NCBI GenBank assembly: GCA_035453905.1
Contig: DAOTDZ010000014.1
Location: 86,452 to 150,451 of the forward strand
Reading direction: 5' to 3'
DNA length: 64,000 nucleotides
DNA from: Myxococcota bacterium
GTDB lineage: Bacteria > Myxococcota > B64-G9
Shown: positions 1 through 7,787 of the stretch, in pieces
How the letters are laid out: every line of letters starts with the position of its first letter
Numbering within the stretch: the stretch's first letter is position 1
Notes under the pieces: model-generated
Told to the model about the DNA's origin: nothing
Databases searched by the model: none
The model's input: the letters and a program-made list of their open reading frames with translations, nothing else
Program-made: the position numbers and the translations under genes

Positions 1-1251
1 AGAGCCTGACACGCCGATCACCTGGATGCGCATCCGGCGGCCCTCAACCTCGACGCGCAGGAAGTGGAAGCCGCAGCCGCGGGCCTGGGAGAAGTCGTAG
101 GAGAGCTCTTGCCGCTCGCCGGGCGCGGGGTCGCAGCCCGAGGGCAGCGGCCCGCCGCCGCCGCCGGAGACGATGTAGTGGACCGCCTGCGCGCCCCAGG
201 GGTAGCTCGCGGGCGGGGGCCGGGCGCGGGTCGCGGCGCCGTCGTCCGGCACGTAGAAGCGATCGTAGACGTGGGCGTGGCCCGAGAGCACCAGCTCCAC
301 GTCGTACTGGTGGAAGAGCGCCCCGTAGTACCGCCGCACCGGCTCGATGCACTCACCGTCCCCGCTCTCGGCCATGGTGGTCGAGTAGAGCGGGTGGTGC
401 ATGAACACCACCACGTGCTCGACCGTGGGATCCTCGCGGGCCGTGCGCAGGTGCTCCTCCAGCCAGGTGCGGGGCGTGTTCGACCACCAGCGGGTGCCGA
501 TCTCGAAGGCGATGAACACGGTGTTCTGGTGGCGGAAGGTGTAGAAGGTCTTGAACGAGAACCCGCTCGGCACGCTGGTGCCCGAGACGGGGTTCGAGGG
601 ATCGGTCGAGTAGCTGGTGGGGTCGTCCTCGTAGACGGTGGGGAAGGCCTCGGCGTAGCCGGCGCCCCAGACCGCGGGGTTGCGAGTGAAGAGCTGCTCC
701 TCGAGGTAGGCCTTGAAGTCCCACACCGCGCCCGAGCCCGCGTCGTGGTTGCCGAGCGCGGGGAAGTAGGGGAGAGCGGCCAGCATGCCCGCGTAGCACT
801 CGACCAGCTTGGCGTACGCCCCGTCGTCGTAGCCGTGATCCATCTGGTCGCCGGCCTCGAGCACGAAATCCACGTCGGCGGCCAGGATGGCCTCGGGCAC
901 GGCCAGGCGCTCGGGCACCCCGGAGGTGCAGCTCTCGGTGGCGAACTGGTTGTCGGCGAAGGCGGCGAAGCTGAAGCGCGCGGGCGGGGGACCCGGGTCA
1001 TCCTCGGCCGCGCCCTCGTCCTCGCCCGCCGCGCCGTCGTCCTCGAGCGCCCCGCCTTCATCCTCCTCGACGGTTCCATCATCCTGCGGAACCCCCGCGT
1101 CGTCCTCCGAGGCGCCCCCGTCATCCTCGGCGCAGCACGCATCCTCGGCGTCCACGTCCGCGTCCGGGGGATCGATGCCCACCTGCCCGGCGTCGCATCC
1201 GACCAGGCCGGCCAGCAGCATCATGGAGCAGAGGATTCGAGCCCAAACCAT
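1..1251 (-). CDS. Calcineurin-like metallophosphoesterase, lipoprotein; the C-terminus runs off the window start
   Basis: The reverse-strand frame has no stop before position 1, so it is absent from the supplied ORF track. Translation from the ATG at 1251 gives MVWARILCSMMLLAGLVGCDAG (lipobox LVGC) followed by an acidic linker. Phosphoesterase motifs are present: GDQMDHG, GNHD, FMHHP and GHAHVYDR. Confidence 0.7.
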   Translation of the reverse strand, partial: MVWARILCSMMLLAGLVGCDAGQVGIDPPDADVDAEDACCAEDDGGASEDDAGVPQDDGTVEEDEGGALEDDGAAGEDEGAAEDDPGPPPARFSFAAFADNQFATESCTSGVPERLAVPEAILAADVDFVLEAGDQMDHGYDDGAYAKLVECYAGMLAALPYFPALGNHDAGSGAVWDFKAYLEEQLFTRNPAVWGAGYAEAFPTVYEDDPTSYSTDPSNPVSGTSVPSGFSFKTFYTFRHQNTVFIAFEIGTRWWSNTPRTWLEEHLRTAREDPTVEHVVVFMHHPLYSTTMAESGDGECIEPVRRYYGALFHQYDVELVLSGHAHVYDRFYVPDDGAATRARPPPASYPWGAQAVHYIVSGGGGGPLPSGCDPAPGERQELSYDFSQARGCGFHFLRVEVEGRRMRIQVIGVSGS

Positions 1252-1347
1252 GGGGCCATTGTAGCGCAGATCCCTCGCTTTCCCTCCCCTCCTGTCTTTC
1301 ACCTTTATGAATTCCTTTCCTGGTTTTCGGGCTACAGTGGCCCGGCC

Positions 1348-1773
1348 ATGGACGAGCGCGGACAGGTAGAGCAGGAGCGGCGGCCGACCCGGCGGGTCAT
1401 GCTGAAATACGCCCTGCTGCAGCTTCCGGGCCTGGGGCTGCTCGCGGGCGGGCTGGTGTGGCTCCAGCAGGCCTACGCGCTGAGCGCCTGGTTCGTGGTC
1501 CTGCCCTGCCTGGTGTGGGTGGCCAAGGACGCGCTGCTCTTCCCCTGGCTGTGGCGCGCCTTCGACGACCGCCCCTCGGCGCGCACCCCCGAGCCCCTCG
1601 AGCTGGTCGGCGTGGTCACCGCGGGCGGCCAGGTGCGGGTGCGGGGCGAGCTGTGGCGGGCCGAGCCCGTGGCCGGCGGTCCGCCGCTCCAGGCCGGCCA
1701 GCGCGTGCGCGTGCGCCGGGCCCGCGGCCTCACCCTGTTCGTGGAGGCGGAGGGCGAGGAGCCCCCGCCGTGA
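1348..1773 (+). CDS. NfeD-like membrane protein: two TM helices plus a C-terminal OB-fold
   Basis: This is the C-terminal 141 aa of ORF 64..1773, starting at ATG 1348. The sequence shows TM segments LLQLPGLGLLAGGLVWL and FVVLPCLVWV, then GVVTAGGQVRVRGELWRAEP...GQRVRVRRARGLTLFVEAE, typical of NfeD. The upstream part of the ORF overlaps the opposite-strand phosphoesterase gene and is rejected. Confidence 0.5.
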   Translation: MDERGQVEQERRPTRRVMLKYALLQLPGLGLLAGGLVWLQQAYALSAWFVVLPCLVWVAKDALLFPWLWRAFDDRPSARTPEPLELVGVVTAGGQVRVRGELWRAEPVAGGPPLQAGQRVRVRRARGLTLFVEAEGEEPPP

Positions 1774-2461
1774 GCCGGGGCGCGACCTCGAGCAGCGCGG
1801 CCCGCACTGCGGCGGCCTTCTGCTCGAGGCTCAGCCAGGGCTCGCGCGAGAGCTCGAGCTGCACCCAGGGGATGCCGCCTGGCCGGGAGCGGGTGATGTG
1901 GCCGCCGGGGAACGGCCGGTTGAGCGCGACCCGGGTCCCCAGGTGGCGCCCCAGGGCCTCGGCCATGAGCCGCAGCCAGTTCCCGGGCAGCGTCACCCCG
2001 CCGTTCCCCAGGCAGGCGCGCGGCCGCCGCTGGCCCGGCCTGGGCCCGACTGGCGGGGCCTCGGCCGCCATGGTGTGGCAGTCGAGCCCGAGCGCGGCCC
2101 GCGGCGCGAGGGACGCCAGCCGCGCGTGGTAGGGCGCGTGGTAGGCGGCGAGCAGCAGGGCGCGGAGCGCGTCCGGGAGCGGCGCGCGGAACACCGGTTT
2201 CTTCCAGAAGGTGTGGCCCTTGATGGCCCCGATGGGGCGGCGGTCGGTGGCGGCCCGGTTCACGTCCACGATCGCCCGCGCGATGGGCGTGCTGACGAGC
2301 TCCACGGCCAGCTCCGCCAGCGGGGTGTAGATCTCGGCCGCGCCCTCGTCGCTGTCCTGCCGCAGCTCCTCCGGCCCGATGGCCAGGAGCCCGGCCACCT
2401 CGGGCGGCACCTCGAGCCCGGCGTGGGGCAGGGACACCAGGATGGGCAGGCGCGCGGCCAC
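1730..2461 (-). CDS. N-formylglutamate amidohydrolase family protein
   Basis: ORF 1730..2962 trimmed to the GTG start at 2461. Family motifs are LPILVSLPHAGLEVPPEV and LGLDCHTM. The 3' end overlaps the convergent NfeD gene by 44 bp. Confidence 0.65.
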   Translation of the reverse strand: MAARLPILVSLPHAGLEVPPEVAGLLAIGPEELRQDSDEGAAEIYTPLAELAVELVSTPIARAIVDVNRAATDRRPIGAIKGHTFWKKPVFRAPLPDALRALLLAAYHAPYHARLASLAPRAALGLDCHTMAAEAPPVGPRPGQRRPRACLGNGGVTLPGNWLRLMAEALGRHLGTRVALNRPFPGGHITRSRPGGIPWVQLELSREPWLSLEQKAAAVRAALLEVAPRLTAGAPRPPPPRTG

Positions 2462-2469
2462 GCTTCCCC

Positions 2470-3051
2470 TCAGGGGCAGAGCAGCAGCAGCCGGGCCAGC
2501 ACCTCGGCCTGCTGGTCGAGCCAGGCGCGGTCCATGAGCTGCAGCACGTGCGGCCGGTAGCGGCCCGACAGCCCGGCGCCCTCCTGGAAGTCCAGGCGCG
2601 CGAGCAGCCCCCAGGGCAGGCGCGGCAGCTCCTCCTCGAGCTCGGCGGCGCGCTTCAGCAGCTCGCGCGCGGCGGGGTGGTGGGCGGCGGTGGGGCACAG
2701 GAAGGTGTACTGCGAGCGCAGGCTGGGCGACTCCGGGCGCAGGCCGGACAGCCAGGGCAGCCAGTCGAAGAACCCGCGCGGGCGCAGCTTGAGGTCGAAG
2801 GCCACCTGCTTGGATGACAGGAACAGCTCGGCCCCCGGCAGGTCGGGCGGGGGCGGGTCGGTCTGGAACTGGACGAGCAGCGGCCGGCCCTGCCAGGCGG
2901 TCTCCAGCGTCGCCTGGTCGCACTCCACCGTCTGGCTGTGGTTCCCGCCGCCCCGCACCCACTCGTAGGTGCGCTCGCTCAGCCTGGAGCCGGGCAGCTG
3001 CTGGCCGAGCCGGTAGAGCACGTCGAAGATCGCAGTACGGATGTCGCCCAC
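2470..3051 (-). CDS. Hypothetical protein, about 193 aa
   Basis: This is the C-terminal segment of the listed 2470..5676 ORF. An internal GTG at 3051 is preceded by GGAGG, and that RBS overlaps the TAG stop of the upstream GH31 gene. Third-position GC is high, as in the confident genes here. The protein begins VGDIRTAIFDVLYRLGQ and I recognise no domain. Confidence 0.45.
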   Translation of the reverse strand: MGDIRTAIFDVLYRLGQQLPGSRLSERTYEWVRGGGNHSQTVECDQATLETAWQGRPLLVQFQTDPPPPDLPGAELFLSSKQVAFDLKLRPRGFFDWLPWLSGLRPESPSLRSQYTFLCPTAAHHPAARELLKRAAELEEELPRLPWGLLARLDFQEGAGLSGRYRPHVLQLMDRAWLDQQAEVLARLLLLCP

Positions 3052-3059
3052 GCGGCCTC

Positions 3060-5567
3060 CTAGGGGACGACCTCGATGCGCTGCTCGCCCGGGCCCACCT
3101 TGACGAACAGGCTGCCGCCGGTCTCGGCGGTGAGCGTCCAGCCCGCCCCGGCGGCCTCGAGCTCGGCCAGGCTCGGCAGCCTGGGGAGCGCCTGGCCCTG
3201 GGCCAGGACCCGGGCGGGCGGGGTGTGCCCGAAGGCCACCACCTCGAACACCGCGCCCAGGGTGAAGTCCGTGCCCGGGCGGAGGGTCAGCACCAGGCCG
3301 GCCCCGTCTGGCGCCTGGCCGAGCAGGGTGCCGTCGAAGAGCTCGAGCTGGGTCTCGGGCCCCGGGGCCACCCGCGGCCACAGCAGGCCCGGGGAGCTCG
3401 CGTAGGAGTCCACCTGCGCGGCCCGGGTGGTGGGCGCGATGGCGTCGATGGTCGGCCGGAGCAGCGGCACCACGGCCCCGGCCCGCAGGTAGAGCGGTAG
3501 CTTCTCCAGCGGGGCGGCGATCGTCTCCCGGCCCGGCCCGGCGTGGGCCGAGCCGTCCCACCAGTCGATCCACCCGCCCGCGGGGAAGATCACCTCGCGC
3601 TCGCGCACCCCGCGGTCGAGCACCGGCGCGACCAGCAGGTGGTCGCCGAAGAAGTACTGGTCGTCCGGGTGCTCGCCCTGGGCCGGCTCCTGGAGCCCGA
3701 ACGGGCGCTGCAGGGGCCGCCCGTCCACGGCCAGGCGCCGGGCCAGCGTCCAGGCGTAGGCCCACAGCCGCAGGTGCAGCCGGGTGTAGGTCCGGTACCA
3801 GCCGAGCATCTCCTCGTCGTAGCCCGTGGCCGCGTCGGGCTCCCAGGCCACGGTGTTCGCGCTGTTGCCGATCTGCATCACCGAGGACAGCGCGGTCTGC
3901 TCGAACCAGCGGGTGAAGGTCTCCTTGTCCGGCGGGGAGTGGCGGTAGCCGCCCGTGTCCGCGCCGTAGAAGGGGAAACCCGAGGGCCCGAGCGTCAGCC
4001 CGTAGAACATGGAGGCGGCCAGCCCGCCCACGGCCACGTAGGTCTCGCCGTCCTTGCTGACCTGCTGGCCGTGCCGCACGAGATCCGCGTCCAGATCGCC
4101 CGGCCAGATCACGCTCACGTTCACCTGGTCGCCCCACTTGCCCGCGCGGCCCAGCAGGAAGCCGCCCGTGGCGGGCAGGGTCTCGGCGTACACCTGGTGG
4201 TAGAGCTTGGCGTAGTGGTGGTGCATGCTGCGCTCGTCGCGCCCGTCGTGGAAGCGCCACACGTTGCGCGCGCCCGGCACGCCCGGCACCACGTCCTCGG
4301 CGTAGTCCAGCTTGAAGCCCTCGATGCCCATGTCCGTGTAGCGCCGGATCAGCCCCTGCCACCAGGCGAAGGCGGCCGGGTTGGTGAGGTCGACGGGTTT
4401 CCCCCAGTGGTTGAGCAGCAGCCCGGTCTGGGGCGGGTAGTAGCCCTGCGCCTCCGCCTCGCCCCGCAGCGCGTCGCAGGCCGGGTCCTGGCTGTCTAGG
4501 TAGGGCGTGTGCCACAGCGCCACCCGGTAGCCGAGCTCGTGCGCCTCGGCGATCATCCCGGCCGGGTCGGGGAAGCGGGCGGCCTCGAAGTCGAAGGTGT
4601 TCACCCCGCTGGCGTACGGCCGATCGACCCAGGCCGCGGTGCAGGGCAAGTCGAGGTCGCGCATGGCCTGCAGGTCGGCGACGAACTCGGCCTGATCCGC
4701 GTTCTCGTCGCGCCACAGCCAGGGGCCCAGCGCCCAGGGCGCGGGCAGGCTGGGGTCGCCGGTCGCGTCGAAGTAGCGCCGGGTGAGGTCCAGCGGGTGC
4801 TCGGCGCCGAACAGGTGGAAGACCAGTCCCTGCGCCGTGGCCGGGCCCGTCCCGAAGAGCACGTCCAGGCGATCGGCGGCGGCCGCCGCCGCGTCGATCA
4901 CCCCCGGGGCGTCGCTCTCCACGAACAGCGCCCAGCCGCGCGTGCCCAGCACCAGGGGCACCGGCACGTGGGCCTCGTTGTAGCCGCTCTCGAGCTGCGG
5001 GTCCATCTCGAGCTGCATGGCGCGCACGGCCCCGCGCTGGTTCACCTGGTCCTCGTGGGCGCCCAGGCCGTACAGCCCCTCCTGGGGGTCGAGGCGCGGG
5101 CGCAGGCGCACGTAGGCCAGCGCGTCGCCGCCGGGCTCGGGCACCAGGCTCAGGCGGAAGCGGCCCTCGGCCACGGCCTCGACGCGCAGCAGGGCCGCGA
5201 CCCGCGGCCCGAACAGCAGGCGCACGCCCAGGGCCTGAGCCGAGCGCTCGACCACCTCCCCCGAGGTGACGCTCAGCCAGCGCAGGCCGAGGGGCGGGTG
5301 GAACACGAACACCGGGTCCGGCACCAGGATGGGGTGGGGGTCGTAGTTGAAGTCCTCCTCGAGGGCGTCCACCCGCCCGAGCTGGAGTCCGTCCGCGGGC
5401 AGGTCGAGCAGCAGCTCGTCCCCTCGCTGGAGGCGTAGGCCGGGGCCCGCCTCGTCCCAGGCGACGCTCCAGGCGCCTGCCTCCACGCGGGGTTCGGCCG
5501 AGCCGCCGCCGCAGGCGGTCGCCAGCGCGAGCAGCGGGCACAGGCAGGGGAGGAGGCGCGTCGCCAT
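3060..5567 (-). CDS. Glycoside hydrolase family 31 (alpha-glucosidase / alpha-xylosidase-like) lipoprotein
   Basis: 835 aa. The lipoprotein signal is LLALATACGGGS. GH31 catalytic-region motifs are present: WVDRPYASG, GIEGFKLDYAED and WPGDLDA. Confidence 0.85.
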   Translation of the reverse strand: MATRLLPCLCPLLALATACGGGSAEPRVEAGAWSVAWDEAGPGLRLQRGDELLLDLPADGLQLGRVDALEEDFNYDPHPILVPDPVFVFHPPLGLRWLSVTSGEVVERSAQALGVRLLFGPRVAALLRVEAVAEGRFRLSLVPEPGGDALAYVRLRPRLDPQEGLYGLGAHEDQVNQRGAVRAMQLEMDPQLESGYNEAHVPVPLVLGTRGWALFVESDAPGVIDAAAAAADRLDVLFGTGPATAQGLVFHLFGAEHPLDLTRRYFDATGDPSLPAPWALGPWLWRDENADQAEFVADLQAMRDLDLPCTAAWVDRPYASGVNTFDFEAARFPDPAGMIAEAHELGYRVALWHTPYLDSQDPACDALRGEAEAQGYYPPQTGLLLNHWGKPVDLTNPAAFAWWQGLIRRYTDMGIEGFKLDYAEDVVPGVPGARNVWRFHDGRDERSMHHHYAKLYHQVYAETLPATGGFLLGRAGKWGDQVNVSVIWPGDLDADLVRHGQQVSKDGETYVAVGGLAASMFYGLTLGPSGFPFYGADTGGYRHSPPDKETFTRWFEQTALSSVMQIGNSANTVAWEPDAATGYDEEMLGWYRTYTRLHLRLWAYAWTLARRLAVDGRPLQRPFGLQEPAQGEHPDDQYFFGDHLLVAPVLDRGVREREVIFPAGGWIDWWDGSAHAGPGRETIAAPLEKLPLYLRAGAVVPLLRPTIDAIAPTTRAAQVDSYASSPGLLWPRVAPGPETQLELFDGTLLGQAPDGAGLVLTLRPGTDFTLGAVFEVVAFGHTPPARVLAQGQALPRLPSLAELEAAGAGWTLTAETGGSLFVKVGPGEQRIEVVP

Positions 5568-5672
5568 GGGCTGGACCTCGCGAGGGTTCGGGCTCCCAGG
5601 CAGTCTCCCCGAGGTGGCGCCCCCGCGTCAACGGCCCTCCCGCGGGAGCGACCTCTTTCCAGTTGCTATTCA

Positions 5673-5702
5673 CCAACCGGTTGGTCTACAAACCAGGCGG
5701 TT
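5673..5702. promoter_or_regulatory. Candidate operator: a perfect 12-bp palindrome CCAACCGGTTGG followed by AACCaggcGGTT
   Basis: This lies in the 157-bp divergent intergenic region between the GH31 gene (minus strand) and plsC (plus strand). The two inverted repeats are read directly from the sequence. Confidence 0.3.
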
Positions 5703-5724
5703 GAACGTCCGGGGAGGGACCGAC

Positions 5725-6483
5725 ATGCCCAAGCTTTCCGACACATTGCGAGAAGCTTTCTCGACCGGGTTCACCGCCGCCTGGACCACGATGTGCTTCT
5801 TCATGGTGACCATCCCGCTGCCGCTCTCACCGAAGGGCGCCTTCTCGCAGTGGATCGTGCGGCGCATCTGGGCGCCTGGCCTGCTCAAGGGCAGTGGCAT
5901 CGAGGTGGTCGCCACCGGCCAGGAGCGCCTGGATCCCCGGGGCGCCTACATCTTCATGAGCAACCACCAGAGCCTGGCCGACGTACCGGTGATCTTCGAC
6001 TGCCTGCCGCACAACCTCCGCTTCGTGGCCAAGAAGGAGCTGCTGTACGTGCCCTTCTTCGGCCTGTACCTGTACCTGGCAGGCTACCCGCTGATCGATC
6101 GGCGCAACCGCCGCGAGGCCATCCGCTCCCTGCAGCACGCCGGCGAGCTCATCCGCTCTGGGATTCCGGTGGTCAGCTTCCCCGAGGGCACCCGCACCCG
6201 GGACGGGAACGTGGGCCCGTTCAAGAAGGGCGCGTTCGTGCTGGCGCTCGAGGCCCGGGTGCCGATCGTGCCCGTGGCGATCAGCGGCTCGGACCGCCTC
6301 ATGCGGCGCGGCAGGCTGGCCGCGCGGCCCGGCACCGTGCGGGTGCACTTCGGCGCGCCCATGGACCTGTCCGGCTACGCCCCCGGCGATCGTGATAGGC
6401 TGATGGCCGACGTCCGCGAGGTCATCATCGCCCAGAAGGAGCGGCTCGACCGCGAGGCGGAGGCGGCCGGCGAGCGCGCCTAG
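5725..6483 (+). CDS. plsC: 1-acyl-sn-glycerol-3-phosphate acyltransferase (LPLAT/PlsC family)
   Basis: ATG at 5725 is preceded by GGGGAGGGA. The H(X4)D motif NHQSLAD and the FPEGTR motif are present. The N-terminal extension of listed ORF 5347..6483 is rejected. Confidence 0.8.
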   Translation: MPKLSDTLREAFSTGFTAAWTTMCFFMVTIPLPLSPKGAFSQWIVRRIWAPGLLKGSGIEVVATGQERLDPRGAYIFMSNHQSLADVPVIFDCLPHNLRFVAKKELLYVPFFGLYLYLAGYPLIDRRNRREAIRSLQHAGELIRSGIPVVSFPEGTRTRDGNVGPFKKGAFVLALEARVPIVPVAISGSDRLMRRGRLAARPGTVRVHFGAPMDLSGYAPGDRDRLMADVREVIIAQKERLDREAEAAGERA

Positions 6484-6502
6484 ACGGACCGGAGGTGCTG
6501 GC

Positions 6503-7738
6503 ATGTTCAGCTGCGAGGGCTGTGGGCAGGACATCCCCGAGCAGGCCGTCCATTGCCCCTACTGCGGGGCGCAGTGCGGCGACGGCCCCGCCGATCCGTC
6601 CAGCATCTTCACCCAGCCTCGCAAGGGCCTGCTGTGCCCGGGCTGTGGCCAGCGCACGCTCCAGGAGGGCGACTACTGCATGTGGTGCGGCTTCCGCCTG
6701 GACTCGCTGGCCGAGACCACCGACGGCGGGGGCACCCCTGCGCTGGACCAGGTCACCGAGGTGCAGGGCCGGGTGCTCGACGGCACCCACAAGGCCCGCC
6801 CCGCGGGCGGCGGCAACACCAAGGCCGTGCTGGTGGCCGTCATCCTGGGGCTGTCCATCGCTCTGGTGGTGGTCCTGCTGATGCTGCTCGCCGCCCAGCG
6901 CAGCCTGGCGAGCCTGACCGCGCAGGCCTCGGCCCAGGCCGAGGCCCAGGACGATCTCGGGCCGGCGGAGGCGCGCTACCTGGAGGCGATGGACTATACC
7001 GAGCAGGGCCGCTGGGAGGACGCCGCGGTCATGCTGCGGGCGGCGCTGCTGGCCGACCCGCGCCACGCGGCCGCCCGCGCCAAGCTGGAGGAGGTCGAGC
7101 TCCAGGCCCAGGTGGCGGGCAACGCGCGCCTGGCGAAGGACGATCTGGAGGCCAAGGACTTCGACGGCGCCCTGCAGGCGGTGAACAGGCTCCCGCCCGA
7201 CGCGCTGGAGAAGGATCCCGAGCTGCTCAAGCTGCGCGCCCGGGTGCGCGACGAGTACCGCAAACACCACCTGAGCGAGGCCAGCCTGGCGGAGCAGGGC
7301 GCCGACCTCCAGTCGGCCGAGGCGCACCTGCTGTCCGTGCTGGCGGTCGAGCCGGACGACGCCATGGTCAAGGCGAAGGTGGACGAGCTGCGCGAGAAGC
7401 TGACCAAGGCGAAGCGCCAGGCCCCGGCCAAGGCCTCCGCCGCCGATCTGGCCGAGCTCGCGCCGGATCTCAGCGCCGAGCAGCTCGTGCGGAAGGCCAA
7501 CGAGGCCTGCCAGCAGGGCCGCCACACGCTGGCCGTCGAGAGCCTGCAGCGGGCCCGCAAGCTCGAGCCCGACGAGCCCGAGTACGTGCGGTTGCTCGCC
7601 AACGTGTACGCCCTGCAGGGCAACCGCGCCGAGGCCTTCCGGCTGTACAAGCGCTACCTGGAGCTGTGCCCGAACTGCGTGTACACGCAGACCGTGCGCA
7701 GCACCATCCGCGGCTTCGAGGATCTCGGTCAGCCGTGA
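6503..7738 (+). CDS. Membrane protein with an N-terminal double zinc ribbon, one TM helix and a C-terminal TPR/coiled-coil region
   Basis: Zinc-ribbon motifs are CEGCGQ...CPYCGAQCG and CPGCGQ...CMWCGF. The TM helix is AVLVAVILGLSIALVVVLLMLLAA. TPR-like helices follow. The RBS is GGAGG. Confidence 0.65.
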   Translation: MFSCEGCGQDIPEQAVHCPYCGAQCGDGPADPSSIFTQPRKGLLCPGCGQRTLQEGDYCMWCGFRLDSLAETTDGGGTPALDQVTEVQGRVLDGTHKARPAGGGNTKAVLVAVILGLSIALVVVLLMLLAAQRSLASLTAQASAQAEAQDDLGPAEARYLEAMDYTEQGRWEDAAVMLRAALLADPRHAAARAKLEEVELQAQVAGNARLAKDDLEAKDFDGALQAVNRLPPDALEKDPELLKLRARVRDEYRKHHLSEASLAEQGADLQSAEAHLLSVLAVEPDDAMVKAKVDELREKLTKAKRQAPAKASAADLAELAPDLSAEQLVRKANEACQQGRHTLAVESLQRARKLEPDEPEYVRLLANVYALQGNRAEAFRLYKRYLELCPNCVYTQTVRSTIRGFEDLGQP

Positions 7739-7787
7739 GCGATCCGCCCCGCGGCTGCGCCCCCCGCCAGGTCGGGCTGCGCCCGGG

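Noticed and set aside
64-1773. 569-aa plus-strand ORF and 18..1142 minus-strand ORF
   Set aside because: Both overlap the metallophosphoesterase gene, which lies in a third frame with clear GNHD/GHAH motifs. Only the last 141 codons of the plus-strand ORF (NfeD-like) are kept.
2470-5676. Single 1068-aa minus-strand ORF
   Set aside because: It is a fusion artefact of two or three adjacent frames: GH31 (3060-5567) and a small downstream gene (2470-3051) lie in different frames, and the rest is GC-driven read-through.
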